Source: Terriglobales bacterium (GTDB lineage Bacteria > Acidobacteriota > Terriglobia > Terriglobales > SCQP01). Taken from it: 64,000 nt of DNA. The notes beneath the pieces were generated by a model that made no database searches, had not been told where the DNA came from, and was given only the letters and a program-made list of their open reading frames with translations. The position numbers and the translations under genes were made by a program. Numbering within the stretch: position 1 is the stretch's first letter; the number at the start of each line of letters is the position of its first letter. Of the stretch, positions 31,326-40,328 are shown piece by piece. The stretch is taken from NCBI GenBank assembly GCA_035553115.1, contig DATNED010000158.1:2579-66578 (forward strand). The letters run 5' to 3'.

Positions 31326-32158
31326 CGTGCGCGCCGCGCCGCCGCGTATTCGGCCGCCGCCGGCAGGGCTTCGGCCTTTCCTTGAAACAAATCGGCGAAC
31401 TCGGCCAGCAGGGCGGCGTGCACCCAGCCGTTGCTGGCCAGCACTTCGGGGCTGTCGAGTCGGTGCCTTCCGCCCATCATGTCGCTTACCGTGCCGCCCG
31501 CCTCTTGCACGATCAACGTGCCGGCCGCGGTGTCCCACGGTTGCAGGTTGAATTCCCAGAAGCCCTCGAAGCGTCCGCACGCGGTGTAGCAAAGATCGAG
31601 CGCGGCCGAGCCCAGGCGGCGCATGCCATGGGTGCGCAGGCTGAAGTGCTGATAGAAGTGAATGTTGGGGTTGGCGTGGCGCTTCTTGGAAGGGAAGCCG
31701 GTCGCCAGCAGCGATTGCGCCAATTCCCGCTGCCCGCTGACCCGAATGGGCGCGCCGTTCAGTTGCGCTCCCTGCCCGCGCGCGGCGGTGAACAGCTCAT
31801 CGAGCACCGGGTTGTAGACCACGCCTGCCGTCAATTCGCCCCGGTGCTCGAGGCCGAGGGATACCGCAAAAATCGGCAGGCCGTGGGCGTAGTTGGTGGT
31901 GCCATCCAGCGGATCCACGTACCAGCAATATTCGGTGCCTGCGGTTCGGCTGCCCTCCTCGGCCACCATCCCATGGCCGGGAAAGCGCTGGCGCAGCGCG
32001 GCCGTGAGGAACGCCTCCGAGGCGCGGTCCGCAGCCGTCACCAGATCCGCCTCCCCCTTGTACTCAATGCCGACGCGCCCGCGGTGCTCGAGCAAAATCG
32101 CGCCGGCTTGGCGCGCGATCTCGGCTGCTGCGGCGCAAAACTCGCTGTCAGCGGACAT
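31322..32158 (-). CDS. suhB: Inositol monophosphatase family protein (SuhB-like)
   Basis: 278 aa with GMVAEEGS, WYVDPLDGTTNYAHG and WDTAAG motifs. Confidence 0.9.
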   Translation of the reverse strand: MSADSEFCAAAAEIARQAGAILLEHRGRVGIEYKGEADLVTAADRASEAFLTAALRQRFPGHGMVAEEGSRTAGTEYCWYVDPLDGTTNYAHGLPIFAVSLGLEHRGELTAGVVYNPVLDELFTAARGQGAQLNGAPIRVSGQRELAQSLLATGFPSKKRHANPNIHFYQHFSLRTHGMRRLGSAALDLCYTACGRFEGFWEFNLQPWDTAAGTLIVQEAGGTVSDMMGGRHRLDSPEVLASNGWVHAALLAEFADLFQGKAEALPAAAEYAAARRAR

Positions 32159-32297
32159 GCGCCGCCCGCGTGGGCTCGGCCGATTGCTCCAACTTCGCCA
32201 GCGCCTTCTGCAACTTGCGCTGCCGCGCCCCCAAGCTCAGCAAATACGCCATCAGGATGATCCACGCCGCGCTGTAGGCGGCGATTACGCTGCCCAT
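32148..32297 (-). CDS. ccmD: Heme exporter protein CcmD (49 aa, below the ORF-track size cutoff)
   Basis: Hand-translated: MGSVIAAYSAAWIILMAYLLSLGARQRKLQKALAKLEQSAEPTRAAHVR. One TM is followed by a basic Arg/Lys helix. GAGGAGGAAGC lies upstream. Sits between ccmC and the next gene, as ccmD does. Confidence 0.6.
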   Translation of the reverse strand: MGSVIAAYSAAWIILMAYLLSLGARQRKLQKALAKLEQSAEPTRAAHVR

Positions 32298-32310
32298 AGA
32301 TGCTTCCTCC

Positions 32311-33015
32311 TCATGCCTCTTGCTCCAGCAATTGCTGCTGCCGCAGCCGTCTCAATTCGTCCTGCGCCAGCGCCTGCCGGTACCGCAGCCAGACCAGCAG
32401 CGCCATCAGCGCCAGAAAAGCGGCGAGCGAGATGGTCAGCGCGATTGCGATGCCGGGCGCCATGCCGCTGTCCGGGCCCCCAAACAGGACCGGGGCGGGA
32501 TGCTGCCCGCGCCACCACCGAATGGCCATGTAATCAATCGGAATGTCGGCGGCAAAAAAAATCGCCAGTGCCGCCGCCAGCCGCGGCTGCAGGCTCCCCG
32601 GCGGCGTCAGTTGGCGCAAAATCAAATAGCTGGCGTACATCACCCACATCGCCAGCGTCAGCGTGAGGCGTGGGTCCCACACCCACCACACCCCCCACAC
32701 CGGATGCGCCCAGATGGGCCCCGTGATCAGGTTGATGGTGAGGAACGCGAGCCCGACTTCCGCCCCCGCCACCGCCAGCGCGTCCGCCTGCCGCGAGCGC
32801 CGCGCCAAATACCAGGCGCTGGCGACGGCGTTCAACCCGAACGCCACCCAGGCCGAAAACGCCGCCGGCACGTGGTAATAGAAAATGCGCTGGATGGTGC
32901 CCATGGTGGCCTCGGTGGGCGCGCCGATCAGCGCCCAGTACAGCGCGATCAACAGCAGCGCCAGCGTGCCTGCGGCAGCGAAGGGAAACCAGCGCGACTC
33001 GGTGGCGGTGGACAT
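32311..33015 (-). CDS. ccmC: Heme exporter protein CcmC
   Basis: 234 aa with the tryptophan-rich WGVWWVWDPRLT motif and flanking conserved His (YYHVP). Confidence 0.9.
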   Translation of the reverse strand: MSTATESRWFPFAAAGTLALLLIALYWALIGAPTEATMGTIQRIFYYHVPAAFSAWVAFGLNAVASAWYLARRSRQADALAVAGAEVGLAFLTINLITGPIWAHPVWGVWWVWDPRLTLTLAMWVMYASYLILRQLTPPGSLQPRLAAALAIFFAADIPIDYMAIRWWRGQHPAPVLFGGPDSGMAPGIAIALTISLAAFLALMALLVWLRYRQALAQDELRRLRQQQLLEQEA

Positions 33016-33022
33016 TCGGGTA

Positions 33023-33706
33023 CTACTCGACTTCGAGCACGGTGTCGGCCAGCAGGGCCCCCAACGCGGTGAAGATAACGTTGTAGCCGACCAGAAGCCG
33101 CAACCAATAGTTTGCCATGCCCTCTGCGGCTAAGTAGCTTTGCGTCGCCTCCACCATCGCCAGGATGGCGGGAATCGAAACCGGCAGCAGCAGCAGCGGC
33201 AGCAGCAGGCCGCGCTGGCGCGAATGCGCGCTCATCGCGGCGAAATACGTTCCGTTGGCGGCCAGCGCCCAGGTTCCCAGCAGCACCGTGACCACGATGC
33301 CGCCCCAATTCGCGCTCCGCGGAGCGTTGAAGAGCACTGCGAACAGGGGGACCAGGATGGCCTCGAGGCCCAGCAGCAGCACAAAGCTCGAGGCAAACTT
33401 GCCCGCCAACAGGGCCGTGCGCGGCGCCGGGCTGATCAGCAGGCCGGTCCAGCTCGATTCGGCGGCTTCGCGCAGGAAGGAGCGGTCGAGCGCGACCAGC
33501 GCCGCAAACAAGAGCGCCACCCAGAGCAGCCCGCCGCCGGCCAGGCCGGTGAGCGAAGCGTCGCCGGCGAAGGCGAAGCTGAAAATCACCATCACCAGCA
33601 CGGCGTAAAAGCCCATCGCCAGCAGCGCCTCGCGCGTGCGCGCCTCGATGCGCAGATCGCGCGCCGCCACCGCCGCCGCGATTCTCCAGCTCTGCAGGCT
33701 AGGCAT
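33023..33706 (-). CDS. ccmB: Heme exporter permease CcmB
   Basis: 227 aa with six TMs. N-terminal AARDLRIEARTREALLAMGFYAVLVMVIF is typical of CcmB. Confidence 0.85.
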   Translation of the reverse strand: MPSLQSWRIAAAVAARDLRIEARTREALLAMGFYAVLVMVIFSFAFAGDASLTGLAGGGLLWVALLFAALVALDRSFLREAAESSWTGLLISPAPRTALLAGKFASSFVLLLGLEAILVPLFAVLFNAPRSANWGGIVVTVLLGTWALAANGTYFAAMSAHSRQRGLLLPLLLLPVSIPAILAMVEATQSYLAAEGMANYWLRLLVGYNVIFTALGALLADTVLEVE

Positions 33707-34352
33707 GGCGTGCCTCCTGCTGGATCCGCCCCCGTTCGAGCGTCAGCTCGGCGTCGGCCAGCGCGCGCAAGGGCTCGGCTTGGTGGCTGCTGGCGAGGAT
33801 GGTTGTGCCGGCGCTGCGCAACTGCGCCAGCGTGGCCTCCAGTTCGGCCACCGCGGCGCGGTCCAGCGAGGCGAAGGGCTCATCCAGCAAAAGCAATTTG
33901 GGTTGGTGGAGCACGCTGCGAGCCAGCGCCGCCTTTTGCCGCATCCCCTGCGAGAGCTCGCCCACCCGCAGCCGCGCCAGCCCCTCGGCGCCCACGGCTG
34001 CCAGGGCGCGGCCGGCGGCGCTGGGAGGCAAGCCGTAGAGCGTCGCGTAGAAATGTAGGTTCTCCTCGATCGTAAGCGCTGGCTGGAGCAGGCTGGCATG
34101 CGAGAGCAGCCCGGTCTGCCTGCGCGCCGCCGCCGAGCCCGCCTCCGCGCCGTCAATCCAGGCGTGACCTTCGCTCGGCCGCAGTCCGCCGGCGAGAATG
34201 CGCAGCAGCGTGCTCTTGCCCGCCCCGTTCGCGCCCCAGAGCGCGGTGATCGTGCCCGCGCGGCAGGCGAACTCGACTTGGCGCAGGGCGGCGAAGTCGC
34301 CGAAGAAGCGGCTCAGGCGGGAACAGCGGAGGAAGCAAGGAGCATTTAGCAA
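33699..34352 (-). CDS. ccmA: Heme export ABC ATPase CcmA
   Basis: Walker A GANGAGKST, signature LSQGMRQ, Walker B LLLLDEP. I prefer the TTG start at 34352, just after the ccmE stop. An in-frame ATG at about 34463 would overlap ccmE. Confidence 0.85.
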   Translation of the reverse strand: MLNAPCFLRCSRLSRFFGDFAALRQVEFACRAGTITALWGANGAGKSTLLRILAGGLRPSEGHAWIDGAEAGSAAARRQTGLLSHASLLQPALTIEENLHFYATLYGLPPSAAGRALAAVGAEGLARLRVGELSQGMRQKAALARSVLHQPKLLLLDEPFASLDRAAVAELEATLAQLRSAGTTILASSHQAEPLRALADAELTLERGRIQQEARHA

Positions 34353-34381
34353 TGAGCGAGTTGCTGGCGGCCGCGGCCGCG

Positions 34382-34825
34382 CTAGTTCATCGTGCCGGAG
34401 GCGGTTCGGGGCGCAGCCCCGCTGGCGCGGGCATCCTTGGGCTCGTACTTCGAGGCGCATTTGGCCTGCACCCCGTCGGCGCGAAAGCTGCCGTTCGCCA
34501 GCAGACGCCCGGCTGCGACGGCTTGGGCGTTGTCCACGAACGTGTCCGGCAGCGGATCGCGGCCGCGATAGCTCACCGCCAGCACCTTGCCGCCCTGCTG
34601 AATCTGGAAATCGGTCCCGTCCGACGCGCGCCGGATGCTGCCCGGCACCACGTCGCCCGACACCCGCAGATTGCGCGCGTGCGCCTCGACCGGCGGCATC
34701 GCCGCCAGTTCGGTGACCGTGACGTAATAGGCCTTGCTGTCGCGGATGCTGGTGAACGCCAGCCATCCCAGCGTGGCCAGAATGAGGCAGATCAACAGCC
34801 CGAATTTCCAAGTCGTGGACCGCAT
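34382..34825 (-). CDS. ccmE: Heme chaperone CcmE, CxxxY (cysteine) variant
   Basis: 147 aa from MRSTTWKFGLLICLILATLGWLAF (membrane anchor), with an OB-fold core. The heme-binding position reads VQAKCASKYEP where canonical CcmE has AKHDENYxP. Confidence 0.85.
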   Translation of the reverse strand: MRSTTWKFGLLICLILATLGWLAFTSIRDSKAYYVTVTELAAMPPVEAHARNLRVSGDVVPGSIRRASDGTDFQIQQGGKVLAVSYRGRDPLPDTFVDNAQAVAAGRLLANGSFRADGVQAKCASKYEPKDARASGAAPRTASGTMN

Positions 34826-34837
34826 CGCGCTCTGCTT

Positions 34838-34846
34838 ATTGTACCA
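34838..34846 (-). promoter_or_regulatory. Extended -10 (TGGTACAAT) between dnaE2 stop and ccmE start
   Basis: Minus strand reads TGGTACAAT, 12 nt before the ccmE ATG (34825), within the 43-nt dnaE2-ccmE gap. Confidence 0.3.
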
Positions 34847-34868
34847 AGCCCGTACCCGCCTGCGCGGA

Positions 34869-37800
34869 CTAATGAAAATCATAGGACGCCAGCTGCGGAG
34901 TGTTCGCGCCGCCCGACGCCGGGCGAATGTGTTCCGCCCGCACGTGCACCACCCCGTCGCGGTTCTGCAGCACGCCGGTGATCCACAGCGCTGCCTCCGA
35001 GACGCACACCAGCCGCTGCGCCTCGAACGTCCGGCTGGGAATGATGATGTTGGCGATGCCGGTCTCGTCTTCGAGCGAAAGAAAAACGATTCCTTTGGCG
35101 GTTCCCGGCCGCTGCCGCGCCAGCACCAGCCCGGCCACCTCGACCCGTTTCCCGTGCGGCATCTCGCGCAGCTCGGCCGCCGTGCGCGCTCCGCGCTGGC
35201 GCAGCTCCTCGCGCCGCAGCGCGAACGGATGCGGTCCCAGCGTCAGCCCCGCATGCCGGAAATCGGCCAGCATCCGCTCGGTCGCGTCCATGGGCGCCAG
35301 CGGGCTGGCGCCATCGCTTTCGCTCTGCTCTTCGAACAACTCGCCTGCCGGCTGCCATGCCCGTTCAAGCTGCCAGAGTGCATCCCGTCGCGCATTCTGC
35401 GCCAGCGCCCCCAGTTCGCCCAGCCGCCGGGCTTCCTCCACGCGCAATCCGCTGCGGCGGCGCAGATCGTCGAGCGAGCGGAACGGCGCCCGCGCCCGCT
35501 CCGCCGCGATCCGCCGTCCGGCTTCCTCCCGCAAGCCGGAAACATAGCGCAGGCCCAGCCGCAATCCGCGCCAGTCCACGGTGCAGTCCCACTCCGAATG
35601 CGACGCCGCAATGGGCAGCACCGCAACGCCGTGCCGCCGCGCATCCTGCACCAGCGTGGCCGGCGAGTAGAAGCCCATGGGCTGATTGTTGAGCAGCGCC
35701 ACGTAGAACACTGCCGGATGATGCGCCTTCAGATACGCCGATGCGTACACCAGCAGGGCAAAGCTGGCGGCGTGGCTTTCCGGGAAGCCGTACAGCGCAA
35801 ACGAGGTGACGAAGCGGCAGATGGTGTCCGCGGCTTCGCCGGTGATCCCCCGCCGCGCCATGCCGGCGCGCAGCTTGACCTCGACCTCCGACATTTTTGC
35901 TTCCGCCCGCTTGAACCCGAACGCGCGCCGCAGCTCCTCGGCTTCGCCGCCGCTGAACCCCGCCGCCACCATCGCCATCCGCAGGAGCTGTTCCTGGAAC
36001 AACGGCACCCCCAGCGTTCGCTCCAGGATCGGCGCCAGCGACGCATGCGGATACACCACCGCCTGCCGTCCGGCCCGCCGCTCCAGATAGGGATGCACCA
36101 TCGCCCCCGCCACCGGCCCCGGCCGGATCAGCCCCACCTCCACCACCAAGTCATAGAACGTTCGCGGACGCAGCCGCGGCAGCGTCGTCATTTGCGCCCG
36201 GCTCTCCACCTGGAACACGCCAATGGTGTCGGCCGCGCCCAGCATGTCGTACACCTTCGCGTCTTCGGCCGGAAACTGCGCCAAATCGAGCAGCTCCGGC
36301 GCTCGCGGCGCGGCCTGGGGATGCAGCAGCTTCAGCGCGTCCTGCAGCGCCGCCATCATCCCCAGCCCCAGCAGATCCACCTTGATGATCCCCAGCGCGG
36401 CGCAGTCGTCCTTGTCCCACTGCACCACCACCCGCCCCGGCATCTGCGCGTTCTCGAGCGGCACAATGCAGTCGAGCGGCCCCTGGCACAGCACCATCCC
36501 CCCCGAGTGCTGCCCCAAATGCCGCGGCAAATCCTGCAGCGCGCGGCATAGGCGCAGAAAATGCCCCAGCCGCGGATGTCCCGAATCAAAGCCCGCCCGC
36601 CGCAGCGCTTCTTCCTCCGTCGGCCGCTCCTCCGCCGCCGGGTCCCAGCCGGGGGGCGCGCCGCCATGGGCCTCGACCTCGGCGGTCTCGGGGGGAGCGG
36701 CGCCGGCCAGCGCCAGGGTCAAGCGCGCGACCATCTTCTCGGGGAAATCGAGCACCTTGCCTACCTCGCGGGCCGCGCTTCTGCCGCGGTAGGTGATCAC
36801 GTTGGCGGTCATGGCCGCGCCGCGCTGGCCGTAACGGGTGTACAGGTGCTGGATGACGCGCTCGCGCTGCTCGCCGCTAGGCAGGTCCAGATCAATGTCG
36901 GGCCACTCGCCGCGCTCTTCGCTGAGGAAGCGCTCGAACAGCAGCTCCATGCCCACCGGATCCACCGCCGTGATCCCCAGGCTGAAGCACACCGCGCTGT
37001 TGGCGGCCGAGCCCCGCCCCTGCGCCAGGATGCCCTCGCGCCGGCAGAACTCGACGATGTCGTGGACGATGAGGAAGTAGCCTTCGAGCTTGAGCTGCGC
37101 GATCAGCCCCAGCTCGCGCGCGATCTGCCGCCGCGCCCGCTGCGCCAGCCGTCCGCTCTGGCCGTAGCGCCGGAGCGCCCCCGCCTCGGTGAGCCGCGCC
37201 AGATGCGAGGTCATGGTCTCGCCCGCGGGCACCGGTGCGTGCGGGAACTCGTAGCCGAGGTCGCTGAGCTGGAACCGCAGGCGCTCGCCCAGCTCGCCCG
37301 CCTCCGCCACCGCCGCCGGCAGGTCATGGAACAGCCGCGCCATCGCTTCCGGAGATTTGAGGCAGCGCTCGGCGTTGGGCTCGAGCTTGCGCCCGGCGGC
37401 GTCGAGGCGCACGTGGTGGCGCAGGCAGGCGAAAACGTCGGCCACCGGCTTCTCCTCCGCGGCGGCATAGTTCACCGCGTTGGTCGCCACCAGTTTCAGC
37501 CGCAGGGTTTGGGCGAGCTCGAGCAGCCGCCGGTTGAGCCGCTCCTGGGCTTGGCGATGGTGGCGCGAGATCTCCAGCCGCAGATGATCGCGGCCGAACC
37601 AGGCGAGCAAGCGCTCGAGCCGCGGCCGGTCGTCTTGGCCGAAGAAGCAGACCAGGCCCGGGGCGAACTCCTCGATGTCTTCGAGCCGGCATGCGCCCTC
37701 GCCTTTGGGCGAGCGGAGGTGCATGCGGGTGAGCAGGCGGCAGAGGTTCTGGTAGCCGGCGCGGGTCTCGGCCAACAGCAGCAGCCGGGTGCCGTCTTCA

Positions 37801-38009
37801 AGCGGAATCTCGGCCGCGACGATGGGGCGCAAACCGAGCTTGCGCATGGCGGCGTGGAAGCGCGGCGCGCCGTACAGGCCAGCGCGGTCGGCGAGCGCCA
37901 TCGCGCCCATGCCGAGGCGGGCGGCGGCCTCGGCCAGGGCCTCGGGCGCGCTCGCGCCCTCGAGGAAGCTGAAGGCGCTGCGCGCGCGCAGCTCGACGTA
38001 GGGGGTCAC
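34869..38009 (-). CDS. dnaE2: Error-prone DNA polymerase DnaE2 (ImuC)
   Basis: PHP N terminus is VTPYVELRARSAFSFLEGAS, with the pol III alpha core throughout. I start at GTG 38009, a GTGA overlap with the SRAP stop. The track's extra 50 aa overlap the SRAP gene. Confidence 0.9.
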   Translation of the reverse strand: MTPYVELRARSAFSFLEGASAPEALAEAAARLGMGAMALADRAGLYGAPRFHAAMRKLGLRPIVAAEIPLEDGTRLLLLAETRAGYQNLCRLLTRMHLRSPKGEGACRLEDIEEFAPGLVCFFGQDDRPRLERLLAWFGRDHLRLEISRHHRQAQERLNRRLLELAQTLRLKLVATNAVNYAAAEEKPVADVFACLRHHVRLDAAGRKLEPNAERCLKSPEAMARLFHDLPAAVAEAGELGERLRFQLSDLGYEFPHAPVPAGETMTSHLARLTEAGALRRYGQSGRLAQRARRQIARELGLIAQLKLEGYFLIVHDIVEFCRREGILAQGRGSAANSAVCFSLGITAVDPVGMELLFERFLSEERGEWPDIDLDLPSGEQRERVIQHLYTRYGQRGAAMTANVITYRGRSAAREVGKVLDFPEKMVARLTLALAGAAPPETAEVEAHGGAPPGWDPAAEERPTEEEALRRAGFDSGHPRLGHFLRLCRALQDLPRHLGQHSGGMVLCQGPLDCIVPLENAQMPGRVVVQWDKDDCAALGIIKVDLLGLGMMAALQDALKLLHPQAAPRAPELLDLAQFPAEDAKVYDMLGAADTIGVFQVESRAQMTTLPRLRPRTFYDLVVEVGLIRPGPVAGAMVHPYLERRAGRQAVVYPHASLAPILERTLGVPLFQEQLLRMAMVAAGFSGGEAEELRRAFGFKRAEAKMSEVEVKLRAGMARRGITGEAADTICRFVTSFALYGFPESHAASFALLVYASAYLKAHHPAVFYVALLNNQPMGFYSPATLVQDARRHGVAVLPIAASHSEWDCTVDWRGLRLGLRYVSGLREEAGRRIAAERARAPFRSLDDLRRRSGLRVEEARRLGELGALAQNARRDALWQLERAWQPAGELFEEQSESDGASPLAPMDATERMLADFRHAGLTLGPHPFALRREELRQRGARTAAELREMPHGKRVEVAGLVLARQRPGTAKGIVFLSLEDETGIANIIIPSRTFEAQRLVCVSEAALWITGVLQNRDGVVHVRAEHIRPASGGANTPQLASYDFH

Positions 38010-38704
38010 GGCGGCGAGGCCTCCGGCAGCGGCTGGCAGCACTCGGGCCCCTGCGCGTGCGGGTTGCCCACCATCGTCCCCACCCGGTGCGCGCGCAGCT
38101 CGCTCGCCGGATAGGGGCGCAGCAGGTGGGCCGGCGGTTCGCTGTCCGGCGCCAGCCACTCCTCGAAGTCCTCGGGCGCGACGATCACCGGCATGCGGTC
38201 GTGGATCGGCGCCAGCAGCTCATTGGGGGTGGTGGTGATGAGGGCGCAGCTTTCGATCGCATCGCTGGTGGCCGCGTCCCGCCACTGCTCCCACAGCCCG
38301 GCGAAGGCGAAGAGCTCGTGGTCGGGGCGGTGGATGTACCAAGGCTGCTTGCGCTTGCCCTCGAGCTGCCACTCGTAGAAGCCGTCGGCGGGAATCAAGC
38401 AGCGGCGCGCGCGGAAGGCTTCGCGGAAGGCGGGGCGCGAGGCCAGGGTCTCGGCCCGCGCGTTGATCGGCCGCGGCGCGCCGCCGGGATCGCGCGACCA
38501 CTTCGGCAGCAGCCCCCACTCCAGCGCCGCCAGCTCGCGCGCGCCCGACCGGGGCGCGCGGCGCGCCGCCAGCACCGCTTGCGAGGGCGCGATGTTGTAG
38601 CGCGGCGCGAGGCCGTGGTCCGCCGGGCCGGGCAGGCCTGGCGGGATGGAAAAGTATTGGGTGAGCAAATCCGGAGGTTTGGAAAGGGTGAAGCGTCCGC
38701 ACAT
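38006..38704 (-). CDS. yedK: SOS response-associated peptidase (SRAP/YedK family, abasic-site processing)
   Basis: 232 aa. N-terminal catalytic Cys2 in MCGRFT; RYNIAPSQ, NARAETL, CLIPADGFYEW and PIHDRMPVI are family motifs. Confidence 0.9.
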   Translation of the reverse strand: MCGRFTLSKPPDLLTQYFSIPPGLPGPADHGLAPRYNIAPSQAVLAARRAPRSGARELAALEWGLLPKWSRDPGGAPRPINARAETLASRPAFREAFRARRCLIPADGFYEWQLEGKRKQPWYIHRPDHELFAFAGLWEQWRDAATSDAIESCALITTTPNELLAPIHDRMPVIVAPEDFEEWLAPDSEPPAHLLRPYPASELRAHRVGTMVGNPHAQGPECCQPLPEASPP

Positions 38705-38719
38705 GGCTGGGGGCCTCCT

Positions 38720-40180
38720 TCAGTCGTAGCGGCCCAGAATATACCAAGCCCCCTGGGTGCGGTCATGCAGCAGCCGCACCAAGTGCGTCTCGCGCTCGCC
38801 TTCCGCTGACGGTTCCGAACGAACCTCCGCGTCCCATGCATCGCACGACCACGGCTTCGCGCCGCTATTCCACCATTCGCCCGCGCTGCGCCAGGGACCG
38901 GCGCGGCGCAGGATCGCCGCCCCGGGCGGCAGCGGCCGAGGCGGGCGGTAGAGGCGCAGCGCCAGCATCGGCCGCGGAGTCGCGCGCGGGGCGGCTTCTT
39001 CCTCGGGGGGCGTGAACGCCTCCATCACGAATGCCTGCGGCCGGTGGGTGTCGAGCAGGCGGGGCGATCCCACGCGGCCCTCGAACATCTCGGCCAGCAT
39101 GCCGAGCAGCTTGGGCAGCTTCTCGCGGTCGGGCGGAGTGGAGGCGAACATCCGCACCTGGATGCGCCGCGGCTGCCCGCACTCGAGCGCCAGCGCGAAG
39201 CCGGTGACGGGCGCGCGCGGCGGATTCTGATCCAATGCGAGGCCGAGCTGCTCGGCCAGCGCCCGCGCCGCGCGCGCGGGCACCGCCAGCCGGCGCTCGA
39301 AGGCCGCCGGTGGTTGTCGCTCTAATGCGAGATGGAGCCGCATCGCCTCCACCACCAGGTCGCGCTGCTCCAGTTTCAGCGCCAGCTCGCCCAGCGCGTG
39401 CGCCACCGCCGCCTTGAGCGTCTCCAGGTCGCGCAGCGGCGGATCGAAGGACATGCTGGCTTCGAGCGCAGGCTCGGGCTCGGGCGGCGGCGCCAGCACG
39501 CCGCCGGCTTCGCCGCGGGCAAGGCGCTGCAGCTCGGTGCCGAGCCGGCCCAGGCGCGCGGCCACACCGGACTCGGGCAGCGCCGCCAGCTCGCCCAGCG
39601 AGCGCACTCCCCAGCGCCGCAGCAGGGCCAGCGCTTCGGCGACTTCTTCCGGCGCGGCGAAGGCATGGGTGAGCTCCCGCACCTCGGCCAGCAGCTCGAT
39701 CGGCAACTGCTGCGTGAGCCGCCCCCCGGCGCGCGCCGCCAGCAGCGCCGCCGCCGGATGCGCGCCCACGGCGACCTGCAGGCGCAAACCGCAGGCGGCG
39801 AACTCGCGCTGGATGCGTTCGGCCAGCGCCTCGGGCGAGCCCTGCAGGCCAGCCAGCCCGGCGAAATCCAGAAGGGCCGTGTCGCCGCCGAGCATCTGCA
39901 CTCGCGGCGAGAAGCGGCCGCAGCCGGCGCGCAACTGCTGGCTGAGGCGCTGTTCGGCGGCGGCGTCCACCGGGTGGAGCTGCAGCCCGGGGCAGCGCCC
40001 CAGCGCTTGCGCGGCGGCCATGCCGGTGTGGACGCCCGCCTGCCGCGCTGCGCGATTGGCGCTGGCCACGAGCTCGAGCGGCCCTTCGCGCGCGATCGCC
40101 ACCGCGGGCGCCGCGGGCCAGATCCCGGCCGCCGCCTGCAGCCGGAAGCACGGCGCCCAAGCGCACACGAAGGCGCTCAT
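38720..40180 (-). CDS. imuB: ImuB, Y-family-polymerase-like mutasome subunit
   Basis: 486 aa. Y-family-like N terminus (FVCAWAPCFRLQAA...ANRAARQAGVHTGMAAAQAL). Sits upstream of dnaE2 as in imuA-imuB-dnaE2 cassettes. Confidence 0.8.
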   Translation of the reverse strand: MSAFVCAWAPCFRLQAAAGIWPAAPAVAIAREGPLELVASANRAARQAGVHTGMAAAQALGRCPGLQLHPVDAAAEQRLSQQLRAGCGRFSPRVQMLGGDTALLDFAGLAGLQGSPEALAERIQREFAACGLRLQVAVGAHPAAALLAARAGGRLTQQLPIELLAEVRELTHAFAAPEEVAEALALLRRWGVRSLGELAALPESGVAARLGRLGTELQRLARGEAGGVLAPPPEPEPALEASMSFDPPLRDLETLKAAVAHALGELALKLEQRDLVVEAMRLHLALERQPPAAFERRLAVPARAARALAEQLGLALDQNPPRAPVTGFALALECGQPRRIQVRMFASTPPDREKLPKLLGMLAEMFEGRVGSPRLLDTHRPQAFVMEAFTPPEEEAAPRATPRPMLALRLYRPPRPLPPGAAILRRAGPWRSAGEWWNSGAKPWSCDAWDAEVRSEPSAEGERETHLVRLLHDRTQGAWYILGRYD

Positions 40181-40235
40181 GCGCCCGGCCCCGCCGCACC
40201 TGTTTTTGCTGCCCGTTCCGCCACCAAATCCACTC

Positions 40236-40297
40236 CGATTTTCGCTTTTTCTTCGCTAACATTCGCCAGTCTAGGCCGGCCCCAACGAGATGTCAAA
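40236..40297 (-). promoter_or_regulatory. imuB promoter plus putative operator: TTGACA-N17-TAGACT followed by GCGAA direct repeats
   Basis: Minus strand has TTGACA (40296-40291), a 17-nt spacer and TAGACT (40273-40268). Then GCGAA repeats three times at 10/11-nt spacing; on the plus strand these are TTCGC at 40262, 40252 and 40241. This includes the 18-mer GCGAAGAAAAAGCGAAAA. Confidence 0.55.
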
Positions 40298-40316
40298 TCG
40301 GGCTGGGATCACGGCA

Positions 40317-40322
40317 TAAAAT
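40317..40322 (+). promoter_or_regulatory. TAAAAT -10 box 6 nt upstream of ATG 40329 (leaderless-type)
   Basis: TAAAAT, then GGGCGC, then ATG. No SD. Confidence 0.35.
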
Positions 40323-40328
40323 GGGCGC

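Noticed and set aside
38010-38159. Extra 50 N-terminal residues of the dnaE2 track ORF
   Set aside because: They overlap the C-terminal coding region of the SRAP gene and are Gly/Ala/Arg-rich. The PHP domain starts right at the GTG (38009), which forms a GTGA junction.
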